From assembly GCF_000014785.1 (NCBI RefSeq), contig NC_008340.1, positions 2,040,001-2,072,000 on the forward strand: a DNA stretch of 32,000 nucleotides. Reading direction: 5' to 3'. The notes under the pieces were generated by a model, which worked only from the letters and a program-made list of their open reading frames with translations, was not told the origin of the DNA and did not search any database. Of the stretch, positions 1 through 8,513 are shown one piece after another. The stretch's first letter is position 1, and each line of letters starts with the position of its first letter. Made by a program: the position numbers and the translations under genes. The DNA is from Alkalilimnicola ehrlichii MLHE-1 (GTDB lineage: Bacteria > Pseudomonadota > Gammaproteobacteria > Nitrococcales > Halorhodospiraceae).

Positions 1-1
1 G

Positions 2-430
2 GTGGTGCTGGTCGGTCCGGGGTGGCTGGCGGCCACCAAGGGCACCGACTTCGCACGGCTGGCGGGGCGTGCCAACGGCGAGACCGAGATCGTGCAGCTG
101 CTTTCGGCCTGGCAGATAGAGAATGGCGTGGCGCACTCACGGGACGTGGCATTGGCCACGCCCCGCAACCGCCTGGCCGCGCAGGCCGCACTGGAACTGC
201 CCGAGCGCCGGATCCGCGAGGCCGAGGTGGCCGTGGTCGATGGCGACGGCTGTGCGCTGATGCGCCAGGAGGTGCATGGCAGCTTCGATGCGCCGGAGAT
301 CGAGGAGCCGCACTTCCTGGAGGTGCTGCTCGGCGCCCCGCTGGACCTGCTGAAACGCGGGCTGGATGCCCTATCCATCAGCCCGGAGGACTGCGAGGTC
401 TTCTACGAAGGCGACGTTGCCGCGCCATGA
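2..430 (+). CDS. 3' end of a larger host gene cut by the window edge; possibly an AsmA-family C-terminal region (tentative)
   Basis: The open frame runs from the window edge to TGA at 428-430 with host-like high GC. The family guess rests only on the recalled pattern around ...IENGVAHSRDVALATPRNRLAAQAALELP... Confidence 0.4.
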   Translation: MVLVGPGWLAATKGTDFARLAGRANGETEIVQLLSAWQIENGVAHSRDVALATPRNRLAAQAALELPERRIREAEVAVVDGDGCALMRQEVHGSFDAPEIEEPHFLEVLLGAPLDLLKRGLDALSISPEDCEVFYEGDVAAP

Positions 431-447
431 GCGCGGCTGGTTATGCA

Positions 448-711
448 TTATTCGTAGTGGCTCCAGAGCCTCAGAACTTTTACCACCCGATCTTCTTCCA
501 ATACTTGGTAGACCAGACGATGCTGAATATTGATGCGGCGCGAATAGGCCCCCGCGAGATCCCCAATGAGTTTCTCGAACGGAGGCGGCTTGCGGTAAGG
601 GTCCTCTGAAATCAGCGCCAACAATTCCTGGGCTTTTGGTTTGAGGCCGCTAGAGGCCAGTTTCTTTGCATCTTTCTGGGCTTGCTTGGTGTAAACCAAC
701 TTCCATGTCAC
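448..711 (-). CDS. yoeB: YoeB/Txe-family type II toxin (mRNA interferase)
   Basis: 87 aa. Typical YoeB sequence (MTWKLVYTKQAQKDAKKL...RRINIQHRLVY...LWSHYE with the C-terminal His-Tyr). 4-nt ATGA overlap with the upstream antitoxin gene. Confidence 0.85.
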   Translation of the reverse strand: MTWKLVYTKQAQKDAKKLASSGLKPKAQELLALISEDPYRKPPPFEKLIGDLAGAYSRRINIQHRLVYQVLEEDRVVKVLRLWSHYE

Positions 712-950
712 CAGTCCATCTCCTCATCGCATTCGTCCACAGGGGTATCCATCCCCTCACGAATAGACTCCCTCATGCCCGGTACGGAGAGCAGATAAAG
801 TGTTTCCTGAATCGCAGACCAGTCTTCCTCGGAAACCAAGACGGCTTTGTTCCGCTTACCCGTGATGACGATTGGTTGGTGGGACTCGGCGGTCTCGTCA
901 ATCAACCGATAAAGGTTGCTGCGCGCCTCAGTTGCTGTGATTCCGGTCAT
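708..950 (-). CDS. yefM: Phd/YefM-family antitoxin
   Basis: 80 aa. The N-terminus (TATEARSNLYRLIDETAESHQPIVITGKRNKAVLVSEEDWSAIQETLYL) is classic YefM/Phd, with an acidic C-terminal tail. Overlaps yoeB by 4 nt. Confidence 0.85.
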   Translation of the reverse strand: MTGITATEARSNLYRLIDETAESHQPIVITGKRNKAVLVSEEDWSAIQETLYLLSVPGMRESIREGMDTPVDECDEEMDW

Positions 951-983
951 GACGCACCTCTTGCGTGTTCAACTTTTCACCAA

Positions 984-1021
984 GTGTACGCCTTTGGGTA
1001 CGTACGTCAAGACGAACGTAC
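984..1021 (-). promoter_or_regulatory. Putative yefM-yoeB promoter/operator with repeated GTAC cores
   Basis: GTAC cores at 986-989, 998-1001, 1002-1005 and 1018-1021, 35-70 nt upstream of the yefM ATG. TGTACG (985-990) and GGTACG (997-1002) are 12 bp apart. On the minus strand TTGACG (1011->1006) could act as a -35. Confidence 0.35.
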
Positions 1022-1237
1022 TGCATAACGCCCGGCCCCCAGCAGGTCAACCAGATCGGTGTGGCCACGGCCCCGCTGCACGTCCGGCACCCAGTGCAGG
1101 TAGCGCATGGTCGAGTGCAGATCCTTATGCCCCTTGCCTTGCTCGATGCGAAGCTGAGAGCGCTCGCCGTCAATGTCCGTGACCCGCACCGCGACCAGCT
1201 CACTGACCCGTAACCCCTTCGCTCTAACGCCAGCCAT
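1007..1237 (-). pseudogene. Remnant of a tyrosine recombinase gene (5'-truncated, internally deleted)
   Basis: The 76-aa ORF contains GLRVSELVAVRVTDIDGERSQLRIEQGKGHKD (box I region) fused directly to LHSTMRYLHW (the C-terminal Tyr region). Most of the catalytic domain is missing. The apparent ATG lies inside attC 1222-1282. Confidence 0.6.
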
Positions 1238-1282
1238 CAGTTGCGCGACGCAAGGAGCGTCAACTGCATGGCATTGTTATAC
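1222..1282 (-). other. Integron attC site (61 bp) closing the type I R-M cassette
   Basis: Plus strand: CTCTAAC-gccaGCCATCAGTTGCGC-gacgcaagga-GCGtCAACTGcATGGCatt-GTTATAC. It is an imperfect palindrome with two unpaired bases on one arm. The minus-strand R'' GTATAAC is the exact complement of the GTTATAC that opens the cassette at 8520-8514. Confidence 0.8.
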
Positions 1283-1303
1283 GCTTTCTGCACCCCAAAA
1301 CGC

Positions 1304-4300
1304 CTATCCGCCGCCGGTGCGCTTTTCCTCACGCACTCGCTTAAAAATCTCCTCGGCAAGGTGCTCATGGGCTGCTGAACGAAACTCCTTGTCGGTCATC
1401 ACACGCGAAAATATGTCTTCGTTGTTTTCCATTCGGTCAATGAACAGTTCATCCAGCATTCGCTCCAGAAATGCGGAGAAGTTTGGCAGGTTGTTTGCCC
1501 TTGCCGCTTCAACGATTTTTTCATTTTCCTCGGCGCTCGCGGTGATCTGATCAAAGAACAGTTGGTCGGCTTCGGTAAAGTCTGTGCCAAAACGTTCGTT
1601 TAGCTTTTCGACCAGTGATGATAGCGGCACGGCTTCCTCCTTCACGCCACTAGTGCCGACATCGGTGGGCCCTTTCAGAGGGTAGGCCTCGCCCGTGCCC
1701 AGGTCGATGGAGCCCTCCGTCATTTGTTGCAGGCGGAAATAGCGCAAGGCCACTTCGTCGTCGAGTGCGAAGGCCTGACCATCGCCAGGAGGGGGAAGCT
1801 TGGAAAGTAAGTTGCGGACGAAGGCGTAAAATTTTTCCAGTTCGCTGTCCTGATACGGAATGATCTGAGATAGAAAAGCGTAGAGATTACGGTAGGCGGT
1901 CAACTGGCCGCGAAACTCTTCTTGCTCCGCTTCCTCCCTGTCACTGAAGCGCGCAACCACCGCATCTAACACTGCATTCATTACCCGGTGGTCGGAAGCA
2001 GAGTGATCCCGTTTGCTCCGATACCATACATCCGCGAAAGCATTGACATCATCGGGCGCAAAGATGGCCCAACCCATAAGTTTGTGTTGCAGCTCGGACA
2101 ACTGGTGCGGATCGGCATTCTCGCCGACAGGTGTAGCCTCGTAGTAGGGCTTGAAGGACTGATAGATATCGTCTTCCTCGTTGGCGAAGTCCAGCACGAA
2201 GGTACGGGCCTTGCCCGGTGCCACACGATTGAGGCGAGACAGGGTCTGCACTGCCTGGACACCGGCCAGGCGTTTGACTACATACATGGTCTGCAGCAGC
2301 GGCTGGTCGAAACCGGTCTGGTATTTCTCCGCGACCAGCAGCACACGGTAATCCTCGCGCTCGAAGGTTTCCGGCAGCTCGCTTTCCGCCAGACCGTCAT
2401 TCATCGCGACCTCGGTGTAAGCGGAACCGGGGTCGTCTGGATCTTCAACGCTACCGGAGAAAGCGACCAGCGAGCGTATGCCGCCATAGCCGTTGTCCTT
2501 GATATAGCGGTCAAAGGCCAATTTGTATTTCACCGCAGCCAGCCGCGATCCAGTCACTACCATGGCTTTGGCACGCCCGCCCATTTCGCTCATCACATAC
2601 AACCGGAAGTGCTCGACGATCACCGAGACCACCTGCTCGATATTGACCGGGTGCAATTCCAGGTAGCGGCTCAGGGCCTTGGCGGCTTTCTTGCGCGGTA
2701 CTTCCGGGTCGTTCTCAACCTGCTTGATCAGGCCGAAGAAGCGCTTGTAGGTGGTGTAGTTCTGCAGCACGTCCATGATGAAGCCTTCTTCGATGGCCTG
2801 ACGCATGGAGTATTCGTGAAACGGAGAGCTGCCGGAGGGGCCCGGTTCATCGAAAAGGGCCTTGGTCTTGAATTTCGGCGTGGCGGTAAAGGCAAAGAAA
2901 CTAAGGTTTGGTTGCCGTGCCCGCTTCAGCGAATCGCGAAGAATAGCGGCCTTGGCTTCATCCGACAGCGCATCGTCTTCCTCATCCGACAACTGGGCGG
3001 CTATGGCCGCCTCGATGCCATCCTTGTTCAGCATGCCCCGCAATTCAGAAGCTGTCTCGCCGCTCTGGGAGGAATGCGCCTCGTCCACAATCACAGCAAA
3101 ACGCTTGCCGGCGGTGCTGATTTTCACCCCTGTGCCCTTTTTCTCCAGCGTAGAAAGGGCCTGGGAAATGAAGGGGAATTTCTGCAAGGTGGTGATAATG
3201 ATCGGCGTGCCGCCGGACAGGGCCTGAGCCAATTGCTGGGTGTTCTCGTCGATCTTCTCCACCACCCCGGTCTTGTGCTCGAACTGGTAGATGGTGTTCT
3301 GCAACTGCTGGTCCAGCACGCGCCGGTCAGTGACCACCACCACCGAGTGGAACACCTTCTGATCCTCGGCATCGTGCAGGCTGGCCAGCCGGTGCGCCAG
3401 CCAGGCGATGGAATTGGACTTGCCGGAACCGGCCGAGTGCTGGACCAGATAATTGTGCCCCGAGCCATTGGCCCGTGCATGGACCACCAGCCTGCGCACC
3501 GCGTCGAGCTGGTGATAGCGGGGGAAGATCATGGTTTCCTTGCGGATGGTGCGCACGCCCTTGTCGGTCTTGACCTGCCGCTCCTTCACCTCCAGGTGCA
3601 TGAAGCGTTGCAGGATGTCCATCAGGCTGTCCTTCTCCAGCACCTCATCCCACAGGTAGTGGGTCTTCCAGTTGTTCTCCACTGGTGGATTGCCTGCGCC
3701 ATGATCATGCCCGCGGTTGAAGGGCAGAAAGACGGTATCCTTGCCCTTCAGGCGCGTGGTCATCCATGCCTCGTCCGGGTCCACGGCAAAATGCACCAAG
3801 GCGCGCTTTTTGAACGCAAACAACAGGTCGCGTTCATCGCGGTCCTGCTTGTATTGCTTGACCGCATCTGCCGCCCGCTGGCCGGTGAGCGAGTTTTTCA
3901 ATTCTGCGGTGACCACCGGCAGGCCGTTCAAGCTCAGAGTGACATCGATAATGCAGCGGCGGTTTTTGGTTGATTTTGGACCATCGGCCTTCTTCATCAC
4001 CGAAGTAAAAGCCACCTGCCGGGTGACCGTTAGCCGGTTCAGTGCGTAGGCGGCCGCCGCCTCCGGGTTCATGCCGGAATTGGGCCGGAAATGCGCCAGC
4101 CGGAAGGTCTTGCCGTAACATTTGAAGCCGTAGCGCAGCACATGCAGGGTGCCCTTGATCTCCAACTCCTTGGCCAGGCTGTGCAGCACCGTGGCGCGAG
4201 TCTTTTCGCCCAGCAAGGCTTCCAGTTGGCCCCACTTGGCCGCTTGGCTGTCCTGCAAAAAACCGGTGACATCCTCTGGGAATATCGCCAACGCCTCGTC

Positions 4301-4393
4301 GTAGGCTGAGGCATTGCGTTTCTCATAGCCGCCCGCACTGGTCAGGCTGGCTTCTATGGCGGTTTCAAAAGCGAGTTCGGAGTGGCCAGCCAT
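1304..4393 (-). CDS. hsdR: Type I restriction enzyme R subunit (helicase/endonuclease)
   Basis: 1029 aa. Walker A (SAGSGKSNS), DEAH box (VIVDEAHSSQSG) and SF2 helicase layout. Last gene of an hsdM-hsdS-orf-hsdR operon. Confidence 0.9.
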   Translation of the reverse strand: MAGHSELAFETAIEASLTSAGGYEKRNASAYDEALAIFPEDVTGFLQDSQAAKWGQLEALLGEKTRATVLHSLAKELEIKGTLHVLRYGFKCYGKTFRLAHFRPNSGMNPEAAAAYALNRLTVTRQVAFTSVMKKADGPKSTKNRRCIIDVTLSLNGLPVVTAELKNSLTGQRAADAVKQYKQDRDERDLLFAFKKRALVHFAVDPDEAWMTTRLKGKDTVFLPFNRGHDHGAGNPPVENNWKTHYLWDEVLEKDSLMDILQRFMHLEVKERQVKTDKGVRTIRKETMIFPRYHQLDAVRRLVVHARANGSGHNYLVQHSAGSGKSNSIAWLAHRLASLHDAEDQKVFHSVVVVTDRRVLDQQLQNTIYQFEHKTGVVEKIDENTQQLAQALSGGTPIIITTLQKFPFISQALSTLEKKGTGVKISTAGKRFAVIVDEAHSSQSGETASELRGMLNKDGIEAAIAAQLSDEEDDALSDEAKAAILRDSLKRARQPNLSFFAFTATPKFKTKALFDEPGPSGSSPFHEYSMRQAIEEGFIMDVLQNYTTYKRFFGLIKQVENDPEVPRKKAAKALSRYLELHPVNIEQVVSVIVEHFRLYVMSEMGGRAKAMVVTGSRLAAVKYKLAFDRYIKDNGYGGIRSLVAFSGSVEDPDDPGSAYTEVAMNDGLAESELPETFEREDYRVLLVAEKYQTGFDQPLLQTMYVVKRLAGVQAVQTLSRLNRVAPGKARTFVLDFANEEDDIYQSFKPYYEATPVGENADPHQLSELQHKLMGWAIFAPDDVNAFADVWYRSKRDHSASDHRVMNAVLDAVVARFSDREEAEQEEFRGQLTAYRNLYAFLSQIIPYQDSELEKFYAFVRNLLSKLPPPGDGQAFALDDEVALRYFRLQQMTEGSIDLGTGEAYPLKGPTDVGTSGVKEEAVPLSSLVEKLNERFGTDFTEADQLFFDQITASAEENEKIVEAARANNLPNFSAFLERMLDELFIDRMENNEDIFSRVMTDKEFRSAAHEHLAEEIFKRVREEKRTGGG

Positions 4394-4396
4394 GGA

Positions 4397-5008
4397 TCAA
4401 ATCTCCTGTATCGAGGTGTTCTGCAACTCGGCCAGCGCCTGGCCGTGCACCTCGTCAAAATGGTAATAGCGTATGGATGGATCAGCGCGGAGTTGCCGAT
4501 TGGGTTCCAGATAGGCGTCTGGGTTGTCATTCTCGGCAAAGACGAATTTGCGAAGATGAATTCGGCGCTTGTCACCGGTGTAATGCTCGATGGTGCGCTT
4601 GAGGCTGTGGACCCAACAGGCACCCGCCCTGAGCTGAGGGACAATCTTTTCAGCAGTCAAACTCTTGGATTTGAACTCGATACAGTCCGCGTAAAACCTT
4701 TGGCCGTTCACATAGAAAATAACGAAGTCGCAGCGCTTTGACCAAGGCTTAGCTGTATCGTCTAGAAAGTGGAAAAGAGGCGGTTTACTCTTTTTCCGCT
4801 GCAACTCAACCTGATCATGGTCCAACTTGAAAGCCAATCCCGGCCCCGGCAAAAGAAGCTGTATTTTCCTTGTTTTCGCGCGGGTCCCTGTTGGAGGAAA
4901 ATACTTTTCTTTCAGGATGACTTCACCTCCCACGCCATCATGCATCACATATCGACTATTTACATAGGCCTTCAGGTGCTCGAAATAGGTGGAGGCTGCC
5001 AACGTCAT
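4397..5008 (-). CDS. Hypothetical protein with a PD-(D/E)xK-like motif, embedded in the type I R-M operon
   Basis: 203 aa. Its start overlaps the hsdS stop (ATGA at 5005-5008) and its stop is 3 nt from the hsdR start. ...KRCD94FVIFYVNGQRFYADCIE111FK113SKS... fits D-x(n)-ExK on consecutive beta-strand-like segments (codons about 4670-4729). No family recognised. Confidence 0.55.
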   Translation of the reverse strand: MTLAASTYFEHLKAYVNSRYVMHDGVGGEVILKEKYFPPTGTRAKTRKIQLLLPGPGLAFKLDHDQVELQRKKSKPPLFHFLDDTAKPWSKRCDFVIFYVNGQRFYADCIEFKSKSLTAEKIVPQLRAGACWVHSLKRTIEHYTGDKRRIHLRKFVFAENDNPDAYLEPNRQLRADPSIRYYHFDEVHGQALAELQNTSIQEI

Positions 5009-6264
5009 TGCAGACCTCCGATTTGGCCAGTGACGGCAGCGGTAATTAGTGCAGAGCGATATTCTTCTAGCTTCTGGACACTACGCTTTACTTCATCTGC
5101 AGCGAAGCGATTCTCTCGATCTACACGTGAACAATAGTCGGCAATCTCAGTTTGCTCATCTAGAAAGGGAATTGGTAACACAAACGCACCAAGCGCTTCT
5201 CGATTTACTTTAGGCATCGCAACGCGAAGTGACTCAAGCTCGGCATAAGCCGTAAACGCATCAGTTAGAAGAAAATAAAATAAGTACCGACGTTCAAAAT
5301 ACTTCCCGGGGTCAATAGCGTACATATCTGCACTGCAAAGACACACTGAATCAAATAACGCAACCTTTCTGAGTGCAGGGCGAATCTTTGAGTATAGAAC
5401 AGAGCCCTCAGAGCAGAAGTATTTCCCGCTAATTGCTCCCTGTTCCTCGGCACTAGGGACATCGTATAGTCGTCCAGTACCGCTTTCTATATAGTCGGGA
5501 GCAATTAAAGGCATATCTGTATACTCAGGCTCGCGAGGATCGACTTGCCCACTTTGTACTTGGCATCTCCATTTGAATGGAACCAGATCCCAATGCGCAG
5601 GAATATCACCCAGCCAGTCGATGCCGGAGGGTTTCATGGGGGCTTCGGGGTTAAGGCCCTTGGTGACGGCGCGGGTGATCAGGGCCTGGCGCTTTTCCGC
5701 CAGCCGGTCCAACAGGGCGCGCTTTTTCTCGATCAGGCCATCGATGCGGGCGGTCTTCTCATCCAGAAACTGCGCGATGCGGCGCTGGGTTTCGAGGGGT
5801 GGGAGCGGCATTTCGATAGTGACCAGCTCACTAGCGTTAATCGCCGGATAGCTGACCCCGACCGAGCGCGAAACAACCTCCGATACAAACGGCTCAGATT
5901 TCGCGGCCCAACCGAGGTATCCACTATCGACTTCTTCCCTGTCTGGTCGAACAACACAAAAACCTGTCGAAGCAATCAGGTCTGGCGAAGCTTCGTCAAC
6001 CTTGGCAATGGCCCTGAGGTAAGTCCGAACTGTAGAAATCAATATGTCGCCGCTTCGCACTTTACGACGAGCACGAGAGGGAGCCTTCCCGAAAGTAATA
6101 CGCTCTACCTGCTCAACTCCACGAGATAGGGAAACACCTGAGATCTCAACGTAGTCGATCTCGGCCTCTTCATCAGTGCTTTCTGGTAAGACCTCATCAT
6201 TATAGGTAGCTAGGTATTTGAGGCGCTTGCTTGACCATGTCGCTGGAAGTGTTACGTCAATCAT
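5005..6264 (-). CDS. hsdS: Type I R-M specificity subunit
   Basis: 419 aa. Two target-recognition-domain-like halves are separated by a conserved coiled-coil spacer (PPLETQRRIAQFLDEKTARIDGLIEKKRALLDRLAEKRQALITRAVTKGL). The C-terminal repeat of the same type is KLEEYRSALITAAVTGQI. Overlaps hsdM by 4 nt. Confidence 0.9.
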   Translation of the reverse strand: MIDVTLPATWSSKRLKYLATYNDEVLPESTDEEAEIDYVEISGVSLSRGVEQVERITFGKAPSRARRKVRSGDILISTVRTYLRAIAKVDEASPDLIASTGFCVVRPDREEVDSGYLGWAAKSEPFVSEVVSRSVGVSYPAINASELVTIEMPLPPLETQRRIAQFLDEKTARIDGLIEKKRALLDRLAEKRQALITRAVTKGLNPEAPMKPSGIDWLGDIPAHWDLVPFKWRCQVQSGQVDPREPEYTDMPLIAPDYIESGTGRLYDVPSAEEQGAISGKYFCSEGSVLYSKIRPALRKVALFDSVCLCSADMYAIDPGKYFERRYLFYFLLTDAFTAYAELESLRVAMPKVNREALGAFVLPIPFLDEQTEIADYCSRVDRENRFAADEVKRSVQKLEEYRSALITAAVTGQIGGLQ

Positions 6265-8438
6265 CCCACCAATCCCCTTAAAAGCCCGGCAATTTCCCCT
6301 TCCAGTTCGGTAATCTCCTGCTCGATCTCGTCCAGCGGACGCGGTGGCTTGTAGACGTAGAAATGCCGGTTGATCGGGATTTCATAACCCACCTTGGTCT
6401 TGCTGTAGTCCACCCAGGCATCATCCACATGGGGCAGCACCTCGCGGGCCATGTAGGCGTCGATCTCGGCCCGGAAGGCGGTCACCAGCTTGTCATTGGG
6501 TTTGTCCGGGCCGAACTGCATTGGCAGGGGCAGTTGGGTGCCCTCGGGCAAGGGGATGTTCTCGGTGTCGCGCAGTTCGCTGTCAGGCTCCGGTCTGCCC
6601 TTGCTGTCGCGGCAAATTTCGGCATCGGGGTCGCGCTCGCCCAGAGCGTTGAAGATGGCCTTTTTGATCGGTACCGGGAGTTTGAGGCTAGCCACCTTGG
6701 CAGCGGCGTTCAGATCCGCTTCGAAAACGGCGCGGTCGGTGTACTGCCCCTTGGGTGCTAGGCTCGCCAACAGAGCGCGAATCGCCTCCTGCTGCTTTTG
6801 CCCTTCCGCGATCTCCTTGGCAGCCGCAGCCTCATTCTTGCGTTTTTTCGAGGTGGCCAGGTTGGCAAAGGCGGTCTGCTCATCCAGCCGGGCAATGCGC
6901 TCCGGCGAAGCTTCGAAGTTCATGCGCAGGGGGCGCTCCACCGTCACCTTGAGAAAGCCGAACTCGCGGTTCTCGAAAATGCGGGAGACCACACGGGTTT
7001 CGGTGTCGCCGTTGATTCTTACCTCGGCGGTTTCACCGTCCCGGTTGTTACCGTAGAGTCGGGTCAGATCGCGGATCTGGTCTTCGGTGACCTCGTTACG
7101 CTTGTTGTTGAGGCTTTTCTTCATGCGCTGGAAAAAGCGTGTGCCGTCGATTAGTTGCACCTTGCCGCGCCGCTCCGGGGCCTTGCGGTTGGTCACCAGC
7201 CAGACATAGGTGAAAATACCGGTGTTGTAGAAAAGCTGGTCGGGCAGCGCGACGATGGCATCGAGCCAGTCGTTTTCGATAATCCAGCGGCGGATATTCG
7301 ACGGCCCGGAACCGGCATCACCGGAAAATAGCGGCGAGCCATTGAAGACGATGGCGATCTTGGAACCGACGGAGTCGTCATCCCCCTCTTTGTAGGGGTG
7401 CATCTTGGCGATCATGTGCTGCAGGAACAGCAGGGAGCCGTCATTGATGGCGGGCAGGCCGGCGCCGAATCGTCCGGCAAAGCCCATCTCCTTGTGTTCT
7501 TTCTCGACGACGGTTTTCTGGTCTTTCCACTCCACACCAAAGGGCGGATTAGCCAGCAGGTAGTGAAACTGCTTGCCCTCGAAGCCGTCGCGGGTCTTGC
7601 CGTCGCCCAGGGTATCGCCCAGCACGATGCTGCTGGTGTCTTCATCCTTGATCAGCATGTCCGAACAGCAGATGGCCCAGGACTCGTCGTTGTACTCCTG
7701 ACCGAACAGCGCCAAGTTAGCCTGACTGTTCTGGTCGAGGATGAATTTCTCCGATTCCGACAGCATGCCGCCCGTACCGCAGGCCGGGTCGTAAATAGTG
7801 CGGTAGATGCCCGGCGTGTAAACATCCTGTTCGCCGGTGTAGACCAGATTGGCCATCAGGCGGATGACTTCGCGCGGGGTGAAGTGGTCCCCGGCCTCTT
7901 CGTTGGCCTGCTCATTGAAGCGCATCACCAGATGCTCGAACAGGTAGCCCATTTGCAGGTTGTCGATGCGGTCCGGGTGCAGGTCCACTTCTGACATCGC
8001 CTTGACGATGGTAAACAGCCGGTTGCTGGCGTCGAGTTTTTCGATCTGGTCAGTGAATTTAAAACGCTCGAAGATGGCCCGAGCCGTAGGCGAGAAACCG
8101 TTGATATAGGCGACAAGGTTAGGCGCAATGTTCTCCGAATCCCCCAACAATTTCTCGAAGATGAACGGACTGGTGTTGTAGAGAGGGTGGGTTCGGTCAG
8201 GATCGGCCGCCTTGCCCAACAGCTTCTCCATGGCATTTTCCGGCATACCTTGAGCGGACAGCTTTTCGTATTGCTTCAGCACCGCTTCTTTGGTGGGCTC
8301 CAGCACACAATCCAGTCGCCGCAGCACGACCATAGGCAGCATGACCAAGCGGTACTGAGGGGGGCGGTAAGGGCCGCGAAGGCGGTTGGCGATTTCCCAG
8401 ATGTGGCTTTTGAGCTGGTCGTGCAACTGCAAGTTCAT
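6261..8438 (-). CDS. hsdM: Type I R-M N6-adenine DNA methyltransferase subunit (long form, 725 aa)
   Basis: HsdM N-terminal region, AdoMet motif (DPACGTGGML) and catalytic NPPFG (LLANPPFGVEW). A long C-terminal extension is present. AAGGA lies upstream of the ATG. Confidence 0.9.
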   Translation of the reverse strand: MNLQLHDQLKSHIWEIANRLRGPYRPPQYRLVMLPMVVLRRLDCVLEPTKEAVLKQYEKLSAQGMPENAMEKLLGKAADPDRTHPLYNTSPFIFEKLLGDSENIAPNLVAYINGFSPTARAIFERFKFTDQIEKLDASNRLFTIVKAMSEVDLHPDRIDNLQMGYLFEHLVMRFNEQANEEAGDHFTPREVIRLMANLVYTGEQDVYTPGIYRTIYDPACGTGGMLSESEKFILDQNSQANLALFGQEYNDESWAICCSDMLIKDEDTSSIVLGDTLGDGKTRDGFEGKQFHYLLANPPFGVEWKDQKTVVEKEHKEMGFAGRFGAGLPAINDGSLLFLQHMIAKMHPYKEGDDDSVGSKIAIVFNGSPLFSGDAGSGPSNIRRWIIENDWLDAIVALPDQLFYNTGIFTYVWLVTNRKAPERRGKVQLIDGTRFFQRMKKSLNNKRNEVTEDQIRDLTRLYGNNRDGETAEVRINGDTETRVVSRIFENREFGFLKVTVERPLRMNFEASPERIARLDEQTAFANLATSKKRKNEAAAAKEIAEGQKQQEAIRALLASLAPKGQYTDRAVFEADLNAAAKVASLKLPVPIKKAIFNALGERDPDAEICRDSKGRPEPDSELRDTENIPLPEGTQLPLPMQFGPDKPNDKLVTAFRAEIDAYMAREVLPHVDDAWVDYSKTKVGYEIPINRHFYVYKPPRPLDEIEQEITELEGEIAGLLRGLVG

Positions 8439-8513
8439 TTAGTTGATTATCCTTTTGATATTAGTGCGTGTTTCTGTAGATAATGTTCTCAGGTGAAGCG
8501 GTATTGTGAGTGC

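Noticed and set aside
340-446. A full attC downstream of yoeB that would close the TA cassette
   Set aside because: Only the R''-like GCATAAC (446-440) and a 6-bp hairpin overlapping the host gene's stop codon are present. I could find no matching GTTRRRY partner or extended arms, so it is treated as a truncated or hybrid junction.
1988-3973. 661-aa plus-strand ORF antisense to hsdR
   Set aside because: hsdR on the minus strand has clear helicase and DEAH motifs over the same span. The antisense product has no recognisable motifs and a biased composition.
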